DNA of 64,000 nt. It comes from Candidatus Borrarchaeum weybense (GTDB lineage: Archaea > Asgardarchaeota > Sifarchaeia > Borrarchaeales > Borrarchaeaceae). The stretch is from positions 448,001 through 512,000 of the forward strand of contig JAHQJS010000007.1 of assembly GCA_019057385.1 (NCBI GenBank). Direction: 5' to 3'. The position numbers and the translations under genes were made by a program. Within the stretch, counting starts at the first letter, position 1. Each line of letters opens with the position of its first letter. The notes beneath the pieces are model-generated. The model did no database searches. It saw only the letters and a program-made list of their open reading frames with translations, and was not told the origin of the DNA. Of this stretch, positions 57,338 to 64,000 are shown piece by piece.

Positions 57338-58894
57338 ATGGATTCAAAAACCCAAAAATCAGACCGCATTGTAAAACATATTTTTAAGGGAACCGCATCT
57401 TCACAAATCCTTCAAATATCGACGATCCTTATCAATATAATATATTCAGTTATTTTATTGCGTTTACTTCCACCTAGAGAAGTAGGTCTTCTAGAGCTAG
57501 CTGGTGCTCCATTTGGGATATTGTTTGTTAGTACAAATCTTGGGCTAGATAGTAGTGTAATTTTTTTCCTTTCAAAATCCAAAAAAAATACAGATTCTTC
57601 GACTACTAAAAATACTATGATTTCAGCTTTTTCTCTGCGGTTCATCATCGTCACTATTAGTGCTTTAGCTATTCTTCTTTTTTCAGAGAGTTTGGCAATT
57701 TTCTACGGAGATCCGCTTATTGAAACTTTATTGAGAATAAAAGCAATTCATTTTTTTATTGTCTCTTTAGAAATCATTCCATGTGCAACTTTCAATGCGT
57801 ATCACAAATACGAATATCCTGTCTATATTTCAGTGTCGACTCTGCTTTTATCTCTGGTTATAGTACCCTCATTAATCACTCTTGGCTTTGGTGTTATAGG
57901 TGCTGCGATTGGTGAATTAATAGCAGGGACTATTTTAACAATTGCTACTTTATTCGTGTGGAGAAAGTTTTTTCCGAAAGATAGTTCAAGTTCTAATTTT
58001 AAAGGTACATCTAAAAAACTATTAGCCTATGGATTGCCATTAGCTGTAGACAATGTTTTTTCTTCGATATCAACAAACTCGGGAAAGCTCATTTTAGGAT
58101 CATTTGGCCCACCTGAATGGATTGCTTATTATTCAGTTGCATACAACATATTTCAGCTTCCTATGAGAGCAGCAGCTACCGCCAGAGTTGCTTTGTTTCC
58201 GACCATGTCTGAACTAGAGAGTGAAAAAGAAATTAATTACTTGGCAAAGACTTTTCGAATGATTATCAACTATTTAGCAATTTTAATTGCCTTTCTCGTC
58301 GGAAGCATCTTAATTCTTGCCGATCCATTCATAATTTTACTCTATACCCAACGTTATTCGACTGCGATATTATTAACACAAATAATGGTAATTGGTAATT
58401 TATTTCGATTTATCGGCATGCCTATCGAAACTTTTCTATTAGCAAAAGGTAAACCAAAAATTATTACAATACGTAGCATGATTACACTGGGAACAACAAT
58501 TTTTCTTGAAATATTGTTAATATCAACTTTTGGCTTGATAGGTGCAAGTATAGCAAAAGTACTTAGTCCATTACCAGCAGTGATATTTTTACTTTTATTT
58601 CTAAAAAGTAGGACAAAACAGGTTAGTATTGACTATAGGTATTTGATAAAGATATATTCAATTTTTACTTCTTCATTTTTAGTTAGTTACTTATTAACAA
58701 GTTCAATTACATATTTTGGAGCATTTGCTCTTTTCCTATTTCTCTTTATATTTTTATCAATAATTCTTCGTGGATTTACAAAACAGGATCTAATCATGCT
58801 AGCCCCCGTATTAGATTTCTTTCCCTATAGGCTTTCTTTATTTATGAGAAAAATTGGTTCGCGTTTTTATTCTATTTTACGCGATGAAAAATAA
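57338..58894 (+). CDS. MOP-superfamily oligosaccharide flippase
   Basis: About 14 TMs, RLLPPREVG, LGLD, GVIGAAIG, YYSVAY, LFP, GLIGASIA. Confidence 0.9.
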   Translation: MDSKTQKSDRIVKHIFKGTASSQILQISTILINIIYSVILLRLLPPREVGLLELAGAPFGILFVSTNLGLDSSVIFFLSKSKKNTDSSTTKNTMISAFSLRFIIVTISALAILLFSESLAIFYGDPLIETLLRIKAIHFFIVSLEIIPCATFNAYHKYEYPVYISVSTLLLSLVIVPSLITLGFGVIGAAIGELIAGTILTIATLFVWRKFFPKDSSSSNFKGTSKKLLAYGLPLAVDNVFSSISTNSGKLILGSFGPPEWIAYYSVAYNIFQLPMRAAATARVALFPTMSELESEKEINYLAKTFRMIINYLAILIAFLVGSILILADPFIILLYTQRYSTAILLTQIMVIGNLFRFIGMPIETFLLAKGKPKIITIRSMITLGTTIFLEILLISTFGLIGASIAKVLSPLPAVIFLLLFLKSRTKQVSIDYRYLIKIYSIFTSSFLVSYLLTSSITYFGAFALFLFLFIFLSIILRGFTKQDLIMLAPVLDFFPYRLSLFMRKIGSRFYSILRDEK

Positions 58895-59159
58895 ATCACG
58901 AGCGCCTAGTAGAATATTTATATTTTACCAATCTTTTTCAACATTCTTATTATTTCTTTGATTCTATTTTTTTCCTCAACTTTCTGATGAAACACAGGAA
59001 AAGAGCTTCGATCTTTTAAATGATCTTTTGCAATACCATCAATATATATCTAATCCATGACTTTTAGTAATCAGATTTATTAAAATCTATAAGATAACTT
59101 ATTTTTAAATAAACTAAATTTTAAATCGAAGTTAACGAGAAATTCATGCGGTGCAATAA

Positions 59160-60491
59160 GTGTTTCAAAAACATATTAATATCCTTATTACCGGAATTAT
59201 GTTACCTCCCCCTTATGGAGGCTTAGCTAAAAGAACTCTAAATCTTGCTAATGTGTGGATTTCAAAAGGGAACCAGGTCCACCTAATAGACATAAATCCC
59301 TCTAGAAATGACTTTATCCTCTCAGGAGTAAATATAAAAGTCCATACATTCGATTACAAAAACAAATATTTCAAAATGATTTTTGCCCTTCTATTTTTAA
59401 TTGTAAAAAATCCAGTTTTCACAGTAAAATTCATCATTGAAGTTCTTGAATATCATCTCAAAAAAAGTTTTGGAATGTCAGGCTGGCAGCCATTTATAAA
59501 CTGTAGTTTTCGTGGCTCTTTATTTTATTCATTAATTTGGGTCAAAGAGATTTATCAGATAGTTAAGAAATATAAGATCAATATAATCACTTCAAATTAT
59601 GCTTTTGAGTACTCAATGCTTTCACTTAAAGTTTCTCAATTAGCAAAAACTCCTATTATAATAACAACATACTCTGAAGGTTTGTTTTGGAAGCTCAATA
59701 AAGATGGAAAGAATATTTCGCCTTACTACTCCCCGCTTTTTAAGAAAGTCTTTAACAAAGCAGATTGGATTATTGCTCCAAGTAAACATTGTATGAAAGC
59801 AGTAAACAGATTTTTAAAGGAAAAGAAACCGACTAGTGTAATTTACTCGCCTATTGATCTTACTCACATACCTGAAACAATTTCAAACAAAAATCAATTG
59901 CGAAATAATATTGGATTTTCTAATAAAAAGATTGTTCTTTTTGTCGGACAATTAAATTGGCGAAAAGGGCCAGATTATGTGATCAAAATCGCCCCTTTAA
60001 TAATTGAAAAGATCCCTAATGTCCTTTTTGTATTTATAGGTCCCGATACAGGAATGCTTAAAAAACTAAAAGGGCTTGCAATATCTCTTGATGTAATTAA
60101 ATACGTAAAATTTATTGGAACAGTTTCTGAAGAAGTATTACAGGACTATATGAGAGTAGCCAATGTTTTAGTTTTTCCATCACTTACTGATAGAGAATGC
60201 ATGGGAATGTCTCTAAAAGAAGCGCAAGCAAATGGAACCCCTGTGATTACATTTGATTCGGGAGGTGCTGCAGAAGCAGTTTTAGATAGAGAGTCAGGAT
60301 TTATAGTTCCTAGGAGAGATTTAAATAAATTATATGAATCAGTAATTTATATTCTTACAGATGAGGTACGTGCTAATAAAATGGGAAGAAAAGCAAGAGA
60401 ATGGGCTTTTAATCAATTCTCTGCTGAAAAAGAGGCTGTCAAGATGCTAAATATTCTTAAGAAGGTATTTCTAAGCAACTTAAATCGCTAA
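59160..60491 (+). CDS. GT4 glycosyltransferase
   Basis: PPPYGGLA, LFVGQL..RKG, ECMGMSLKEAQA. Confidence 0.93.
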   Translation: MFQKHINILITGIMLPPPYGGLAKRTLNLANVWISKGNQVHLIDINPSRNDFILSGVNIKVHTFDYKNKYFKMIFALLFLIVKNPVFTVKFIIEVLEYHLKKSFGMSGWQPFINCSFRGSLFYSLIWVKEIYQIVKKYKINIITSNYAFEYSMLSLKVSQLAKTPIIITTYSEGLFWKLNKDGKNISPYYSPLFKKVFNKADWIIAPSKHCMKAVNRFLKEKKPTSVIYSPIDLTHIPETISNKNQLRNNIGFSNKKIVLFVGQLNWRKGPDYVIKIAPLIIEKIPNVLFVFIGPDTGMLKKLKGLAISLDVIKYVKFIGTVSEEVLQDYMRVANVLVFPSLTDRECMGMSLKEAQANGTPVITFDSGGAAEAVLDRESGFIVPRRDLNKLYESVIYILTDEVRANKMGRKAREWAFNQFSAEKEAVKMLNILKKVFLSNLNR

Positions 60492-60527
60492 AAGAACATA
60501 TAAAAAGATACAATGACCTTAACATAA

Positions 60528-61010
60528 GTGAATCTCCTTTTAGAAGGGCAAAGTATGAGAGTACTTGACTTAAGCAAAGAACTGGACAAACTTAAAGCAT
60601 TTTATGATTCCTTAGATGAGGAAAAAAAAACATTTACACTTCCTTGGACTCTCCTTGAGAAGGCTATTATTGTTGTAGTTGAAGAAGATAAGGGAAGGAT
60701 TATTGGGATTTCTGGAATTCGCGACAACTATTTTGCCTTTACATGTATAGAAAAGCAATTTCAAGGAAAAGGAATTGGAACCAAACTGATAAAGGAAAGG
60801 AATAAAATTGTAAAGAAAAATAGAATTGGAATTCTATATGCAACTACACACAAAAATAACATAATCGCTCAGAGATTATTGGAAAAATCAGGATATAATC
60901 TCGTAAAAATTGAAGAAGATATATATCATTATAAACTCTATATTACCATGAAAGCCAAATTACTAAAATTTTTAAGTAAATGGGCCAATAAGATTGGTTT
61001 AAAAACTTGA
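60528..61010 (+). CDS. GNAT-family acetyltransferase
   Basis: FQGKGIGTKL (acetyl-CoA motif A), N..AQRLLEKSGY. Confidence 0.88.
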   Translation: MNLLLEGQSMRVLDLSKELDKLKAFYDSLDEEKKTFTLPWTLLEKAIIVVVEEDKGRIIGISGIRDNYFAFTCIEKQFQGKGIGTKLIKERNKIVKKNRIGILYATTHKNNIIAQRLLEKSGYNLVKIEEDIYHYKLYITMKAKLLKFLSKWANKIGLKT

Positions 61011-61195
61011 TTTTGTTATATAGTAAATCAATTTCAATTCCTTTCACAAGAACTCTTTTGAAAAGCCTACTTGATTGATTTAATCACGTCAACATCTTTA
61101 CGTCTGTATTATCAATATTGTTAACTAAACTTTGCCCCTAGTATATTTGCATAAAAGGACTTCATAACTGCACAAACTTCATTGGAATAAAATGA

Positions 61196-62221
61196 TTATT
61201 TAATTATTTGCGAAGTTCTACTAAAATCATATGCCTTCTCAATTACTTTTAATACATTCAAACCGTCGTTATACGAGATCAATGGAGGTGTATCATCTAA
61301 AATACATCTAACAAAATGTTTTATCTCAAAATAATAAGGATCTAAAGATATTGGTTTTTTTCTAATACAACGTCTAGATAGATTTCTTAAAGAGTGCTTT
61401 AGGTAATGACTCGTCTTTCTAGGATACTCAAGATCCTCTGATGATACACTATTAACGTCACTATATATTTCAACACGATCTGAGTACACAAAAGGATAAA
61501 ATGCAACTTGTAGTATAGCCATACATTTGTTGTATTTTAACACTAATAAAGCATAATCTTCTATGGAATCTGAGTACTGGAAGTCGAGATGAGTGAATTC
61601 TAGTGATTTCATTTCACCAAAAAACCAATTTAACAGGTCAATCATATGACACCCACTGTCGATCAGGACTCCCCCTCCCGCTAATTTTCTATCGAATTTC
61701 CACTCTGCAGGTGCTGCCGTAGGCGATGAAAACGGGCCACCATAAAAATATTGGGCATTACAACTTCTGATTTCTCCTAGTTCCCTCCTATCTAATAATT
61801 CTTTAACAGCATTGTATTTTTTTGAAAATCTGAAATGATACCCTACCATAAACTTTATTCCAGCTTTCTTCGCACTATTCATAATATTTACGGCTTCTTT
61901 AGTATTGCGACCCATTGGTTTTTCGATTAAAGTGTGAAGATTTTGCTCTGATGCTAGTATAGCTGCTTTTTCATGCAAAAAATTAGGTAAACAAATTGAT
62001 AAAGCATCAATGCTTGATTTTTGAATCAAATCCAAAAAATCTTCATAAACTTCCTTAATCCCAAATATTCTTTCAATACGTTTTCTAATGGGTTGTGATT
62101 TATCAGCAAAGGATATTATGTCAACTTCTTCAGATTTTTGATAGTTTATTAAGTGTTGAGTTCCAATCCAGCCCCCACCAATGACACCTACTCTTAACTT
62201 TCTCATAAAACATACACTCAT
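61196..62221 (-). CDS. Gfo/Idh/MocA oxidoreductase
   Basis: GVIGGGWIG, LIEKP, GGGVLIDSGCHMID. Confidence 0.92.
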   Translation of the reverse strand: MSVCFMRKLRVGVIGGGWIGTQHLINYQKSEEVDIISFADKSQPIRKRIERIFGIKEVYEDFLDLIQKSSIDALSICLPNFLHEKAAILASEQNLHTLIEKPMGRNTKEAVNIMNSAKKAGIKFMVGYHFRFSKKYNAVKELLDRRELGEIRSCNAQYFYGGPFSSPTAAPAEWKFDRKLAGGGVLIDSGCHMIDLLNWFFGEMKSLEFTHLDFQYSDSIEDYALLVLKYNKCMAILQVAFYPFVYSDRVEIYSDVNSVSSEDLEYPRKTSHYLKHSLRNLSRRCIRKKPISLDPYYFEIKHFVRCILDDTPPLISYNDGLNVLKVIEKAYDFSRTSQIIK

Positions 62222-62320
62222 ATTGATGATTAGTCAAATAAGCAAAAACACTCCTATCGCAATTTATTTTTGCATATACACATAAGAATTTAATTCAAGA
62301 TATCTTTTTGTAGATCTAAG

Positions 62321-62334
62321 TTTATAAAACTCAA
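62321..62334 (+). promoter_or_regulatory. TATA-box-containing element
   Basis: TTTATAAAACTCAA about 40 nt upstream of the 62362 start; identical to 23104-23117. Confidence 0.4.
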
Positions 62335-62361
62335 TAAAATTGTTCTTTTTTAGGGATAAAA

Positions 62362-63249
62362 TTGACAAAGAGAGATCTAGTTAGCCTGGTTGAAATAAAA
62401 AATGATAACTTGCGTGACGCACTAAATCAGGCGCTCGGTTTAATAGACATAAAAATCAATAAAGCAAATAAGATAGTCATAAAGCCTAATTTATGTTATT
62501 ATTGGCATTCTTCAACTGGAGAAACTACTGATCCTCAGATTGTATCCACATTGATTGATTTTATTAGAGACAATATTGGACATGATTCAGATATTTCAAT
62601 TGTTGAATCAGATGCTACTGCAATGAGGACAAAATATAGTTTCAAATTTTTGGGTTATGAAGATCTAGCAAGAGAAAAAGATGTTAAATTAGTAAATTTA
62701 AGTCAAGATGAGTATAAAATAAAAAAGATAGACGGCTATCATCTCCAAGAAGTGAAAATTCCTGAGACTTTATTAAATGCTGACTATTTCATTTCAGTCC
62801 CAAAATTAAAATTACAGGATCCTTCTCTAACCCCACTAACTTGTGCTCTTAAGAATCAGTTTGGGTGTATCCCTATTCAGAAAAAATCGCAATATCATCC
62901 AGTTTTATCCGAAGTTATTTCAGATGTGAATAGTGTTATATCTCCTAATCTTTGTGTCGTTGATGGCCGAGTTGTTAAGTATAATTCAAAGATTATTCCA
63001 CTAAATTTGATCATAGCGGGAACAAATTCGCTTGCTACTGACATAATAGCGGCAAAAGTGTTAAGACTTAATCCTAAAAAGATCAAATGCATTCATTTGT
63101 ATTCCAAACTTGCTGGAAATACCCAAGTCGAACCTATTGGAACTCCAATCACTTATTTTTCAAATAAGATTCCGAAAAATCAAAGTGGAAGAATATCCAG
63201 AAAATTAAAGAAATTTGCATATCGGATTTATAGATCAATAAACTATTAA
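62362..63249 (+). CDS. DUF362-like protein
   Basis: VIKPN, TTDP, VESD, SVPKLK, TCALKNQFG, VVDG, LATD motifs. Confidence 0.82.
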   Translation: MTKRDLVSLVEIKNDNLRDALNQALGLIDIKINKANKIVIKPNLCYYWHSSTGETTDPQIVSTLIDFIRDNIGHDSDISIVESDATAMRTKYSFKFLGYEDLAREKDVKLVNLSQDEYKIKKIDGYHLQEVKIPETLLNADYFISVPKLKLQDPSLTPLTCALKNQFGCIPIQKKSQYHPVLSEVISDVNSVISPNLCVVDGRVVKYNSKIIPLNLIIAGTNSLATDIIAAKVLRLNPKKIKCIHLYSKLAGNTQVEPIGTPITYFSNKIPKNQSGRISRKLKKFAYRIYRSINY

Positions 63250-63342
63250 TTTTCTTTTGTTTCATCTTTATTCAAGCTCAAAAAGATTAAAAATAGTCAG
63301 ATCAATTATAATTTTTGAATATTTTTTTTGGAGGAGTGATTA

Positions 63343-64000
63343 CTGAATAGTAAATCATTAGAAACAAAGTTTGATATTTCTGTGATAATTCCGACTAAGA
63401 ATTGTAAACGATGGATCGCCCCAAATATAAAAAGTATCCAAGAACAAAAGATAGACAAGAAATTCGAAATTATTGTTGTTGACGATAATTCCACAGATAG
63501 CATGCGTAGATTTTTAAAATTCTTGAATAAAAAATATCCAAATCTTACTCTATGCTTATTAAATAAAAGCAGAGGTTCGTATTACGCTCGAAATATTGGA
63601 GCTAAACAATCATCCGCAGATATTCTTGTTTTTACCGATTGTGATTGTGTAGCAGATGAAAATTGGATGAACAATATAACGTGCCCAATATTTTCAAAAA
63701 AGTACAGTGCAGTTCAAGGAGCTAGCAATATTCCCCTATATAATGGCTTCTGGATTACATTAGAAACTACAAGAGGTGCCCCAAAAGGACCTTTTGTTGA
63801 TACAAAGAATTTTGCCATACGTAAAGAACTTTTTCTGAATTTAGGAGGATTTGATGAGAGATATCTTTTTAGTGGAGATGCCGATTTATGCCTTCGATTT
63901 TTAAAAAAGGGATTCAAAATTGGATTTAGATCAAATGCAATTGTATTCCACTTTTGGACTAATAATCCCTTTAGGTTAATAAAAAAAACTAAATTTTACG
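63343..64000 (+). CDS. GT2 glycosyltransferase (partial, runs off the right edge; not in the ORF track)
   Basis: Manual translation: LNSKSLETKFDISVIIPTKN..EIIVVDDNSTD..ARNIGAKQSSADILVFTDCDC..GGFDE. CTG start after GGAGG, with an in-frame TGA just upstream. Confidence 0.9.
   Translation, partial: MNSKSLETKFDISVIIPTKNCKRWIAPNIKSIQEQKIDKKFEIIVVDDNSTDSMRRFLKFLNKKYPNLTLCLLNKSRGSYYARNIGAKQSSADILVFTDCDCVADENWMNNITCPIFSKKYSAVQGASNIPLYNGFWITLETTRGAPKGPFVDTKNFAIRKELFLNLGGFDERYLFSGDADLCLRFLKKGFKIGFRSNAIVFHFWTNNPFRLIKKTKFY

Noticed and set aside
9101-63917. Numerous 60-140 aa ORFs nested in or antisense to long genes (e.g. 9101-9517, 12257-12568, 18211-18576, 20855-21157, 31784-32134, 52667-52975, 63306-63503, 63714-63917)
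   Set aside because: They overlap well-supported genes and show no recognisable motifs.

Overview
AT-rich archaeal DNA, most likely from an Asgard archaeon. This is inferred from an intron-less Rab-like GTPase with RabF motifs but no prenylation cysteines, RING/B-box zinc fingers and GGAGG/GGTGA Shine-Dalgarno sites. There are three parts. (1) 1-6.1 kb: the 5' part (>2000 codons, running off the left edge, absent from the ORF track) of a giant membrane-anchored surface protein with at least 14 tandem 107/108-aa Ig-like repeats. Each repeat has about four N-glycosylation sequons, and the array shows a 5-unit (1617 bp) higher-order period. (2) 6.5-16.2 kb: eukaryote-like or orphan genes: a TPR-like solenoid, a small ORF, a long coiled-coil protein, a signal peptide-Ig-TM-zinc ribbon-RING protein, a large AAA+ ATPase with winged-helix and coiled-coil regions, and a Rab-like GTPase. 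(3) 16.3-64 kb (runs off the right edge): a large glycan biosynthesis cluster with 10 GT4, 3 GT2, 3 GT-C-like proteins, 2 flippases, 3 DegT aminotransferases, 3 Gfo/Idh/MocA oxidoreductases, a UDP-HexNAc dehydrogenase and an SDR epimerase. It also has unusual tailoring genes: a BshC-like ligase, a PIG-L deacetylase, a nucleotidyltransferase plus alkaline-phosphatase-family pair, a B12 radical SAM enzyme, an alpha/alpha-toroid protein, a polysaccharide deacetylase, a GNAT and a DUF362-like protein. No rRNA, tRNA, CRISPR array or mobile element was recognised. All functional calls come from reading motifs by eye; no database searches were run.
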